Position numbers and translations under genes: made by a program. Below, piece by piece: positions 31,925 to 44,400 of a stretch of 64,000 nt of DNA (the first letter of the stretch is position 1; each line of letters begins with the position of its first letter). The DNA comes from Balanoglossus misakiensis (taxonomy: Eukaryota > Animalia > Hemichordata). A model generated the notes under the pieces. The model was not told the origin of the DNA and did not search any database. It was given only the letters and a program-made list of their open reading frames with translations. Location: contig CM082578.2 of the NCBI GenBank assembly GCA_040954595.2, positions 1,532,831 through 1,596,830 on the forward strand. Reading direction: 5' to 3'.

Positions 31925-33471
31925 CACAGGGGGCTGCAAACATGAAAGTTATAAATGGCGGAGTTCCTGCATTTTCCCCCAATAAACATTAATTGATGAA
32001 CAGTCTTTGTGCTTGTTTATTTTTCTGTGTTACCTCCACCTGTCTTAGCAGTTGCTAATCCAGAATACAAGCTATTGCATTTCCCATTAAGCACCTGCTA
32101 ACGACTTAATCTGTGTGCCCCATCCACGGATTTAGTGGATTAAGTAAACATCGGTCAGTTCTCACTTGGTAAGAGAATACCCATTATTGCATATGTACCA
32201 CAGTATTCTAAGCGGGCCGTGCAATAATAATTCTGGTATTTTTGCGAGCTCATATGCAAATGAGCATCCCGAAGAATAAGATCCCCCATTTCCCCTTCAA
32301 TCGATCGTATCTTTCAAAGTTTAACCCTCGTTCTGTTACACAATCACTTGGAGTTCATATAAACCTCCGGAGGATATAACAAAAGTTTTATTTCAGTCGC
32401 AAAAAAGCCGATTGTTGTTTTAGTTGTGCGCGTGACAAAGTGGTATTTTTCACAACCCATATGCAAATGAGTAAAAACAAGCCGGACTACGTTTTGTTTG
32501 TAAACATTGAACGCGGTCGGCAGAGCTGGAGTATGATCGCCGAAACGTGGGGAATTTTCAACATTCGGAGACGTCATTGTCTTATCCTTCCCAAATTTTG
32601 TCAGAATAGCAAAACATTATTTGGCAGTATGTTTGGGAACCTCGGAATATCCCTCGCTATCGCCAGTTTCTCAAATATTGCCGATGCTATCTTGCGACTT
32701 GAGCTAAACCACCGATGAAATGAGCCAACATGATCGCCGAAACATGCGGATTTTTCAACATTCTGGCACGTTGTTTTATTATCCTTCCCAACTATCGTCA
32801 GAATAACAGAACATTTAGTTGTCAGTGTGTTTTGGAACCTCGAAAATTACGGAAATTTCTCGCTATCGCCAGTGTTTCGAAATTTATCGCTGCGTTCTCA
32901 CGACCTCAGGTAACCCACTGATGGAATGACCCCGCATGACCCTTCTTTGCATAACAAAGGTTGCGTCATTTTGGCCAATGAGCGGCCTTCTCTGGGTTGC
33001 ATAGCCTTTGGCGCATCACTGTAATGAAAATCAATACGCCACGATCGAAACTTTGATTTTCGTCAAATCTGGGGAAACATATGCAATAATAACAGAACTT
33101 CATGACCTCTGCGCGCGATCTGTGCAATATGGATTTTATTTTCACTCGTGAGAAGGTGTATTCTTCTGCATTTTTACTCGCTATCGCTCGTAAAAATACT
33201 CGGAAGAATACACCTTCTCACTCATGAAAATAAAATCCATATTGCACAGATCGCGCGCAGAGGTCATGAAGTTCTGTCATAGTACTCGCTGACCGATGTT
33301 TACTTTATTAACTTAATCCGTGGATGGGGCACACAGATTAAGTCGTTAGCAGGTGATTAATGGGAAATGGATAGCTTTTATTCTGGATTAGCAAATGATA
33401 AGACAGGTTGGGAAAACGCAGAATGGAACGTACTTCGCCATTTATAACTTTCATGTTTGCAGCCCCCTGTG
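31925..33471. mobile_element. Foldback MITE with long TIRs (CACAG ends, 7-bp TSD; P-superfamily-like), carrying a nested insertion
   Basis: ~200-bp inverted arms starting cacagggggctgcaaac; flanks gtactcg / gtactag; uninterrupted copy at 42585-43033. Confidence 0.7.
32184..33281. mobile_element. Hairpin-ended (Crypton-like) non-autonomous element, specific to copy A
   Basis: Absent from the empty site in copy B (aatacccagtactcg, ~42843); attattgcatatgt pairs with acatatgcaataat (~33077-33090); ~190-bp terminal palindrome 33089-33280; no TSD. Confidence 0.65.
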
Positions 33472-36094
33472 GTACTAGGTGTCGGAAATGGGTAAGCACA
33501 CCCTTCCAGCATGCTACACCCGTCAAGACTGACCCAAAGAGACAGATTTAAGTTGAATTTGACTTAACTAACAAATTACTGTTGCAAGTCAAATCCATAT
33601 TTTGACTTTATCTCTGACTGAGCGCAGTGAGTCTGAGAGACACTCCACGTCTTCCTCTTCACAAGCAGCCCACTTCAAGTTTCAGCAACATCCATAATAA
33701 TCGTAAAGTTGAGGTGCCAGTTAAAATTAGATGGCTCGACACAATTTTTTGGACCAAACTGGAATAGCTGCCGAAGTTTGGTATTTCAAATGATTGTCAG
33801 GTCACCTGTTTATTATATGACTGTGAGGTTTCTAACAAAAGGGAGATGACATACAATCACAAGTGTAAATCCAATATTGAACATTACTTAAAGGGACAAA
33901 TTGTTCAAATCCTCTTTTGAGCTTATTTGGTCAATTTTGTTTGATATGAAATGTGCCTATTATGCTGTTTGACTTCTTTAAACATGCTTAAATACTGGCC
34001 AATAAATAACTCCACTATGTTTGAAATTAAACCAGATAGTACAATAATACATTCCAAATGTCATCTGTGATAACATCATGCTTTGGACTTTTTTACTTTA
34101 TATATTACATAACATGTTACGGAGGGGGGAGAGAGGTGAGAAAAGGAATGTGAAAAAGGAGAAGAAAAGCAAGAGGGCGGAAATGAGAATGTCAGGATGG
34201 AAAGGGAATGAGGGGAGGACTTTGACAGAAGGGGAGAGACCGAATAAGTGAAGGTGAGAGAGGAAGTGGTTAGACAGGAAGAAAGGGAAATTAAAGCTCA
34301 ATCACCACCACCACCACAATCATCATCATCACCATCATTGCCATCATCATTCTGGAGGCATCGTGGCCTGTATTGGCCCATGGGCATCATGGGCCAAAAA
34401 AACTGATTCAGTGTAAATGTGCATAAACCACACTTTTGTACGAACTCCTGTAACCGGTGACGCAAGTCGTGAGTGAATTTGTGGGCGTGTCGCGACCTTT
34501 TCTGTGAACGTGATGCAGAGTGATATATTGATGACCCCCAGCCACCCCCACACCCTTTGGTAACACACTTCTTAAACTTTCTTTACATAGAATGGACTTC
34601 TCAAACCTTCCTTACCAAAGTTCTGATTAAAGACATCTATCTTCTAGGGTACTACCAACAGCGTTTCACGTGACTGTAGACAAGAATCAAGTACCTGTAC
34701 ACAGACAAGGGCGTGCGCGCGTCCACAATAATTTAAAACGAATGTTTCCACCGCCGTGTGTTTTATGCACATAAACACTGAATCAGCTTTAATATTGTCC
34801 CATGATGCCCCGTGAGTTGTCAGGGTACCAAACTGACAATGCTGGAGAAAAAATGAAGTGTTGACATGCATGTTGTTAAGGGGTTTCACAATGCATGTTA
34901 CGGACGCTGGTTTCTCTTAGCAATAGAGTAGAGGCGTAAGGATGGGTTGATCTTGTGATTAAGAATTTTGGCAAAGAAACATAAATTGTGTCATTTAGTT
35001 TTGTATTAAACCCTATTCGCGTATTTTGTGTTAAAGCACGAAATACTGCAATAATGAGATACGGTAGTATTTAACACATATCATATATGATATAATATAG
35101 CTTTATCAATACCAGTGAATTTTGTGACGTCATTGCTGTACATTTTTTTATCTTTTATTTAAAACGCACAATGTTACATCAACAAATCAAAAGAAGAAAC
35201 GAACTGAAAACTCACATCATAGCTTCAAAATTTATTACACTTTCTGGATGGTTGCATGATTCCTAAGGCTTGTATACCTTGAACCTCAATGTCACGCGGG
35301 AGGATTGGTGTTGGGAATGTAACGGGGAATTAAACTCTATCGATGGGGATAACTCGCTTGGCTAATACTGAGAGGTACCTATATGGAATCGTGCTGACGT
35401 CCAGATACATCGACACGAACACTGGGTATTTATGGTAGCAACTGAGAATATAAGAATTTAATGAAATAAACCTACTCGACCACTTGCGTTCTGAGGACAA
35501 GAAGGACACAAATAGTCCGCCATCCAAAAGACCGTTCCAGCATTTTATTTTTACCCGCCAAAAGACGCGGAGATATATTTTTAGATGAATGATCCATGCA
35601 TACTCTGATTGCATAGTACTTGTCTTCCTTGTGTTCCTTAAAACAATGAATGTATTGTATTTTCTTTTCTTTTCATCAGGAATTCGATAACTTTCTTAAC
35701 ACTTCAAAAGTTTCTTTACTCTTCAATCACTTCTGTCTCAACTTTTAAGTTTAACTTTTACTTCCAAATCTCAGGTCACAAACTCTATAGACTGCTAAAC
35801 AATTTTCTTCCTAGTGTTGTATGCGCCACTTGTGAATTTTTGCGAGTGAGATTCACGGTCGTTTGAGCACAATTTATACAAAAGATGTTTATCGCTATTA
35901 GAAAAACGTTCGCGTAGAATCAATGACGTCATGGTAAATTTTAGCTGCATGCTCCAATAGGGATGATAGGGAGACTACTTGTTGTAGAGCACCTGAAAAT
36001 GTACGTATTTCGTCACTTCCTTTTCGCGAAATTTAATTCTTAACGGCATCTTAGTTTTAAGATTTGTGATTCCTTTTTTCTTCAGTTGTACATT

Positions 36095-36360
36095 TGCATC
36101 ACGGGATACTTCTTTGTAGACTATCGAACCTTGGCATCTCAGACACAGTACTAACATGGTTTACATCTTACCTTCAATATAGATATCAAACTGTAATCAT
36201 CGAAAACACTGCAAGTTCACAGTCACCTCTCGTATACGGGGTGCCACTGCCCCTCTGTTGTTCACCATTTATATAGCCCCACTTTATAGTAAACCGATTC
36301 GTCCCCACATCGTACAATTTCATCAGTACGCCGATGATAACCAGCGATACCTCGCCTTTT
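36095..36360 (+). mobile_element. Old L2/CR1 reverse-transcriptase fragment (also at 45624-45890)
   Basis: HGILLCRLSNLGISDTVLTWFTSYL..RYQ..GVP ... HQYADDNQ. Confidence 0.8.
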
Positions 36361-36429
36361 CCCATCAAGATTCAACCTCTGACGTTCCTGTCTTCTAAGG
36401 ATTGTTGAACTTTAATTCATGCAGTTTGT

Positions 36430-36969
36430 TGTTACGGCCGGTCGTCCTCCGGACGTTTACCTCATCGGCTTCTGTGGGGAATCAGCCACGTCCGAAAGCT
36501 GACGGCGTACATTCTCTCCATCTCCTTCTCCACCCAACATATTCATAAAGTCCGAGAGAGGTACCCGGCAGATCGTAAACCTTTCGTAGACAGAGACTTG
36601 CAAGAAGTTTTCCGAGTAACACAAAGTTCTGGTTTATTACTGGTCACACGTAAGAATTGCACGACTCGATCCATGCTCGTTGACTCCCATCACGGATCTC
36701 CGGTGATAAACGTGTGATCTCAAATTTCACCACACCTTATTAATACGTTAGTCAAGTATTAAGTCATAAAAGGAACACGTCATCTTGATATTTCTTAAAC
36801 ATGAACTTAGCGCGTGATATCTCTATCTCGTTCTGACATGTATCAATTACGCAATCTTGTTTACTCTGGGTCAAGTACCAATGTCAATACTGGACTAAAA
36901 CCATATAAGTGAATGACTTCTTACGTAATCATAAACAAGATCTATGATCGTTAAAACTCAATCGTGACA
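36430..36969 (-). mobile_element. 3' LTR of an LTR retrotransposon remnant (duplicate at 45959-46497)
   Basis: TGTTAC...GTGACA ends; minus-strand polypurine tract ggaaaagtgggaag abuts 36969; minus-strand AATAAA near 36635; presumed internal sequence continues to ~37818 and 41149-41370. Confidence 0.68.
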
Positions 36970-37818
36970 CTTCCCACTTTTCCAATAATCGAACTTCCAC
37001 GTTCGATCAAAGAAAGAATGAAAACGAAAACCAGGTCTGCGCTAACGGTTTTAAATACACTACGTCAAAATCAAACTCAATAATCACCTTTAAAATATCA
37101 CAGCCTGTTCAAACAAATTAAAGAAAATCGCATAAAACGTTTTCAATGTCAAAATTCAAAACGACTTCACTGTTCTGACTTCTCGTCAAAGAGTGTCTCT
37201 TTTCCAGTGCAAAATTCAACAGTCAATAACCGCGTAAAAAAAATTAAGTCTGATAGTTCTTTCGTACAAACAGTCTCTTCACTGCTGTACTAACGGAGCA
37301 GGCACATTCCAAAGATGCTCTCGAACACAATAACGGTTCCCGATAATACCGCCAAGTACGGAGCATTTCAGAGTGGATCATAATGCAATACAAGCTCGTA
37401 ATAAACAGTAAAAATGAATACACTTCATCATACTGTCACGTTCAAAAATAACCACGAAACGAATTCTTATGTGAAAGGATGCGTAAGACTACAATAAAAT
37501 CACGCTTAACTTCAACTACACTCTGGGACTTCTCTCTTGTCCCTCGTATGAACTCACATGTCAACTCAAAGGGCCATTTTCATACGCCAGACCGTCTCCC
37601 TTGCGGTCATTAAAACATCACGACTTCATCACCAGACCGTCTCTCTTGCGGTCATCACAAAAACTTCAACAACTCCTCAAAAACCTATTAAACTTCACTA
37701 CACTTCACGGCATCACTTCAACAAAAGAATACATTTACAATGTCGAAAACAATGCAAAAACTTGGTGGAAAACAATATCAAATCAAAAGCGGTTAATAAC
37801 GGTCAGTCAACTCACGTC

Positions 37819-40800
37819 TACTAACTCTTCTTATGTGAAAGGATGCGTAAGACTACAATAAAACTCAAAGGACCACTCTTCAATGTAAGTCATCATACCC
37901 TTCCACCCTGTGATTTTGATGAACACTCCCCCCCCCCAGCTTTTTAATTCATTTTGTGTTTCCCATCTAAATGTCAGATCATTACACAGAAACGTTGATG
38001 CCTTAAAATTACTATATGAAGATATTATCAAGTCCAAATTCGCTATCAATGGAATCTCTGAAGTATGGGACCCAAATAACTTAAGTATTTATAATATGCA
38101 AGATTACACATTAGAAGTGAAGTCTCGTGAAGTAGGAAGGGGTGGTGGGGTTGGGGCTTACATACATTCATCAGTAATCTACAAGCTGCTTCGAGCAAGT
38201 GTCAGTCACTCAGAATCACTCTGGATGTAGGTACAGGTTAAAAATACGAAGATAATTTATGGGAATAATCTACAGAAAACCTAATACTGATATAACAGAA
38301 TTTCAAATTAGTCTCACGCAAGTTTTAAACGAGCTCAGATGTGACAAAAATAATTGTATTTTAATGGGCGATTTTAATATTGATACTAACATAAGACTGA
38401 CCAACCCCAATATAGATTCATATCTATCCTCCTTGGAATGTATAGGCTTAAGACAGCTGATATCTACCCCAACCAGAGTGACTAGTTCATCTGAAACTTT
38501 AATTGACCACATCTACACAAATATTAATCAACGTCCTATTCATGCTGGCACTATAATCACTGATATCTCAGACCATTTCCCTGTGTATACTCTTTTAGAA
38601 AATATTCCTCTAAAATTGCCACAAAAAGAGAAAATTATTTTCAGAAATTTCAAAAACTATAGTCCCTCTCAATTTTACGAAGATCTTGAAAACACAACAT
38701 GGGATTCTGTGTACCATTGCTCTGATGCTAATGAGGCTTACAACAATTTTTATTCAGTCTTTAATGAAATTTGTGATAAACATGCACCTATTTCTACCAA
38801 ATCCTATAGTACCAAAAAAAATAAAAAAAACCTTGGATCACCAAATCACTTAGAAAATCTATTAACACCAAACATAGGCTATATAACAAATTATATAAAT
38901 CAAAATTTAATAATGCTGTTGCTGTTGATAATTATAAAAAAATATCGAAATATTTTATCGGCTTTACTCAGGAAAGCCAAACAGATGTACTATAGCAATA
39001 TTTTTATACAAAATGAAAATAACACTACTGCAATATGGAAAACAATTAGAGAGATACTTGGAAGCCAAGGTAATGCCAGTCAATCTCTGCCAGATAATCT
39101 GTGTGTTAAGTCTAATGGTAAGGTACGAACCGTAAATAAGAAAACTGACATTGTCAATGAGCTAAATAACTACTTTGTTGGTATTGGTCCAGACCTTGCT
39201 AGTAAAATAAAGTCTAACAATTGCAACTTTAATAATTATCTCAAGGCACCCATCTCAAACTCAATCTTTCTTGCCCCAACAACTCAGTTTGAAATACAAA
39301 AAATTATTTGTAGCCTAGATCCTTATAAAGCTTGTGGCCAAGATCAAATTCCTGCTAGACTTCTTATAGATGGAGCTGCTGTAATATCTAAACCATTAGA
39401 ATACATATTCAACCTCTCCTTTCATTCAGGAATATTTCCGAAAGCCCTAAAATCAGCAAAAGTTATACCAAGTTTCAAGAAAGGAACCACTGATGATCCA
39501 GGAAATTACAGACCAATATCAATTTTACCTCTTACAAGCAAAGTCTTAGAAAAAATAGTCAACTCCCGTCTTACCAACTTTGTAGAACAATTGAATATTC
39601 TATATCAGTATGCCTTTCGACAAAAATATAGTACCAAACTCTCTCTGATCAATCTTGTCAATTATCTCATTAAGCAACTTGATGCTGGCAGAATTACACT
39701 TGGCATTTTCCTTGACTTTTCAAAAGCCTTTGATACCATTGATCATACAATATTACTATCTAAACTCTCTCACTATGGTATACGTGGACGTCCTCTACAA
39801 TGGTTTACAGATTATTTAAAAGATAGATGTCAACATGTTTGTGCTGATGGCCATATCTAATCTAGCCATAATATTACATGTGGAGTTCCACAGGGATCTG
39901 TCCTTGGACCTACTCTATTTTTATTATTTATTAATGATATAGCCCTTTCAACATCCTTCTTCAACTTTCGGCTGTTTGCTGATGATACAAATCTGTTCCA
40001 TACCTTCCCTGCAAACAAAAGTGATATCAATCTGAACCATGTTGACAGCCAGTTACAGCTGGTACTAGATTGGTGCAATGCCAACAAACTCACTATAAAT
40101 CACTTAAAAACAAATTACATTATTTTCAGAAACCAAAGACGAACCTTTTCCCATGTTGGTTCTCTCCACATAAATAATATGGTCATTAATGAGGTAGAAG
40201 CTGCATCATTTGTTGGCATTCTCATTGACAGGCATCTTACCTGGTCAAAACATATCCAGATGCTAAACACAATCATCAGAAAGAAAGTTGGCATTCTCTT
40301 TAAACTCAGACATTTTGTACCTACCCATAATACTTACCTTACTCTACAAATCACTTATCCAACCACATATAACATACGGCCTCGAAGTATGGGGGTCAAC
40401 ACATCCTTCATATCTCAACCGTATTAAGTTATTACAAAAAATGGCAGTAAGAGCAATAACCTTCAGTGATTTCACAGCTCATTCAACTCCTTTATTCCAT
40501 AAATTGAAAATCCTTGATATTTTCAAATGACATAAGCTCCAGGTATGCTCCTTCATGTATGATCTTGTAAACAATAATCTTCCACAAAGGCTGACAACCT
40601 ACTGTCAATTACCTCTCCATGATTACAGTACACGCCACAAAAACCAAGGTAATCTCCATATTCCAAGTGTAAATACAACAATGGGCAAATTTGCAATATC
40701 TTATAATGGCCCTCTCTTATGGAATTCATTACCAGAACAAATAAAAAACAAAAAATCCCAACAAACTTTCCGGTACTCGCTCAAACAAATGTATTTAGAA

Positions 40801-41140
40801 AATTAACTATAAATATATATATATTTATATATAGTAGTTCAATTTATACATTCAATGTATTTATTTCATTCAAGTTTAGCTACTGTCTATGTACATAGTT
40901 GCCTTTACAGTGTACATGCCTAATATTGCTTCTCTCTAAGAAATACACTGCCCTCAAAATGAAATGTAACTATTTTTTATACCGCAATGTACAGAGGAAT
41001 GGGAACAGACTTGACTAGCACCTGCTATTTTCTGTTCCCAATTACCCTTTCATTCAACCTGTCTCACTCGTGAGTTATGTAAATACTTTTCAACTTTTCA
41101 ACAAGGGTAATAAATTGAATTGAAATTGAATTGAATTGAA
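37819..41140 (+). mobile_element. L2-clade (L2/Crack/Daphne-like) LINE, ORF2 APE + RT, 5'-truncated and inactivated
   Basis: APE motifs HLNVRSL, GISEVW, GDFNID, LIDHIY, SDHFPV; RT motifs NYRPISIL, FLDFSKAFD, GVPQGSVLGP, LFADD; stops at 38228, 39858, 40528 plus frameshifts; 3' stem-loop near 41001-41040; (attga)n tail; TSD aactcacgtc. Confidence 0.95.
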
Positions 41141-41432
41141 CTCACGTCATCAGAGTAGACAAAGAAAATACGATCACGCAATATTTCAATGATCAAATCT
41201 CCCAAACTATAGATTAAAAAGGCTGATTATTCAGTTGAATGTCATTCTATCTCAGTTTTTTTTGCGATAGCAGACGATTCAAGAGTCTTCCCTTCTTCAT
41301 TCCACGAGACCTCTTTTCTTCGTCGCCAGAACTGCTTCAACTACATGCTTCTGGATACGACGCCCCTCTGATCAAACAACAGATCCATCCTGAAATAGTG
41401 CTTCAAATCTTGATATTTTTCTTTAATTTGAC

Positions 41433-44400
41433 TCAGATAGAAGGTCTTTTCATCCAAATGCATAGATTATGAATTATTTCTCTCAATATATTCAGTGACT
41501 ACCTCCCGATGATATATATCCTCCTGAATTAGTGCTTCAAATTTTGATATTTTTCTTGATATTTTTCTTTAATTTGACTTCAACCGTCACCATTCTCGAA
41601 GACTGTAAAAGAAGGGAGATGATGATTAACTATTATCAATTTTTTTGCCCCTTTTACTGTCTTTACAACTGGCCGTATAAATCTGATATTTGTTTGGCAT
41701 GCGAATTTTGGAATATGGATGTGTATGATCACAATTATAAGATCCTCAAAATGAAAGATCCTATCATTTCATTTGGTTAATTACCAGTTCATAGGTGAAT
41801 GAAAATATTGTTACTCACTTTGAAACCTGACATGTATATATAATAATTCAAAGTATTTATTCGCATATTTTTATATTATTCATGGTGTTATAGATCAATG
41901 GAAATTTTTCAAATTAAATTCATGTATATAAAATGTAGCAATGTAATGTCATATGTGAAACCCTTAATCTTGATATTGTAATTCATTGTAGAATATGATT
42001 ATATTGTGTTATTCACTCAACTTGTGCATGTATGTTTAAGATTCATGCAAAATTACTTTTTTATACAAACTGTTCCTTTTTGTGTTGTTCGGAGGTGACA
42101 ACTCATCAACAATGAAATAAGTTTGGGAAATTTTTGAACAAAGTCATGAAGTGGAATTACTATAAATAAGTTTAATATCTGTTTGAGTTGTCCTGCCAGA
42201 AGTCAACATTTTTAGCTTATACAAATACTGGTGCAACTACAGAACAGTTGAAGAATTTCATCATTATATTTATGTTTTAATTACAAGTATATCAATTGTA
42301 CCTTTTCCTTATATTAAAAGCATATTTTTATTATAATATTTAATTGAATTCTTTGTCTACTTTTTTAAACTGACAATTTGTCATTCATTACCATAACCCT
42401 GGAGTGTATTTCACTGTGTCCAGAGATTCTTCTGTAGTAGTTATAATAAGACATCAAACCAGGTCCAGTAATCAATATTACTCAAGCTAAGCTAATTACC
42501 AGGTCCAGGTTCAAAAAAGAAATAAGTGAAAAACTTTCAATTTCAACAGGATCATCTTGAACCACTGCTAAGTGGTAGTACTCGCACAGGGGGCTGCAAA
42601 CATGAAAGTTATAAATGGCGGAGTTCCTGCATTTTCCCCCAATAAACATTAATTGATGAACAGTCTTTGTGCTTGTTTATTTTTCTGTGTTACCTCCACC
42701 TGTCTTAGCAGTTGCTAATCCAGAATACAAGCTATTGCATTTCCCATTAAGCACCTGCTAACGACTTAATCTGTGTGCCCCATCCACGGATTTAGTGGAT
42801 TAAGTAAACATCGGTCAGTTCTCACTTGGTAAGAGAATACCCAGTACTCGCTGACCGATGTTTACTTTATTAACTTAATCCGTGGATGGGGCACACAGAT
42901 TAAGTCGTTAGCAGGTGATTAATGGGAAATGGATAGCTTTTATTCTGGATTAGCAAATGATAAGACAGGTTGGGAAAACGCAGAATGGAACGTACTTCGC
43001 CATTTATAACTTTCATGTTTGCAGCCCCCTGTGGTACTAGGTGTCGGAAATGGGTAAGCACACCCTTCCAGCATGCTACACCCGTTAAGACTGACCCAAA
43101 GAGACAGATTTAAGTTGAATTTGACTTAACTAACAAATTACTGTTGCAAGTCAAATCCATATTTTGACTTTATCTCCGACTGAGCGCAGCGAGTCTGAGA
43201 GACACTCCACGTCTTCCTCTTCACAAGCAGCCCACTGTTTACATAAGTTTCAGTAGCATCCATAATGGTTCTAAAGTTGGTTGCTCGAGACAATATTTCG
43301 GGCAAAACTGGACAGCTGCCGAAGTTTGGTATTTGGAATGATTGTCAGGTCACCTGTTATTATATGAACGTGAGGTTCACAAGTGTAAATCCAATATTTA
43401 ACATTACTTAAAGGGACAAATTACTCAAATTCTCTTTTGAGCTTATTTGATCAATTGTGTTTGATATGAAATGTGCCTATTATGCTGTTTGACTTCTTTA
43501 AACATGCTTAAATACTGGCCAATAAATAACTCCACTATGTTTGAAATTAAACCAGATAGTACAATAATACATTCCAAATGTCATATGTGATAACATCATG
43601 CTTTGGACTTTTTTACTTTATATATTACATAACATGTTACGGAGGGGGAGAGAGGTGAGAGAAGGAATGTGAGAAAGGAGAGAAGAAAAGCAAGAGGGCG
43701 GAAATGAGAATGTCAGGATGGAAAGGGGATGAGGGGAGGACTTTGACAGAAGGGGAGGGGAGAGACCGAATAAGTGAAGGTGAGAGAGGAAGTGGTTAGA
43801 CAGGAAGAAAGGGAAATTAAAGCTCAATCACCACCACCACCACCACAATCATCATCATCACCATCATTGCCATCATCATTCTGGAGGCATCGTGGCCTGT
43901 ATTGGCCCATGGGCATCATGGGCCAAAAAAACTGATTCAGTGTAAATGTGCATAAACCACACTTTTGTACGAACTCCTGTAACCGGTGACGCAAGTCGTG
44001 AGTGAATTTGTGGGCGTGTCGCGACCTTTTCTGTGAACGTGATGCAGAGTGATATATTGATGACCCCCAGCCACCCCCACACCCTTTGGTAACACACTTC
44101 TTAAACTTTCTTTACATAGAATGGACTTCTCAAACCTTCCTTACCAAAGTTCTGATTAAAGACATCTATCTTCTAGGGTACTACCAACAGCGTTTCACGT
44201 GACTGTAGACAAGCAGCAAGTACCTGTTCACAGACAAGGGCGTGCGCGCGTCCACAATAATTAACGAATGTTTTTACCGCCGTGTGTTTTATGCACATAA
44301 ACACTGAATCAGCTTTAATATTGTCCCATGATGCCCCGTGAGTTGTCAGGGTACCAAACTGACAATGCTCGAGAAAAAATGAAGTGTTGACATGCATGTT

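Larger units (their letters stand above)
31022..37778. repeat. Segmental duplication, copy A
   Basis: Colinear and highly similar to 41433-47715; paired ORFs in the track (31122/41532, 34347/43876, 35975/45504). Confidence 0.95.

Noticed and set aside
35160-35870. Possible minus-strand gene fragment (ORF 35330-35614 and its duplicate)
   Set aside because: No recognisable motif, stops in neighbouring frames, and the ORF differs between the two copies.
38259-39860. 533-aa ORF as an active RT or host gene
   Set aside because: Fragment of LINE ORF2 bounded by premature stops, with an internal frameshifted patch.
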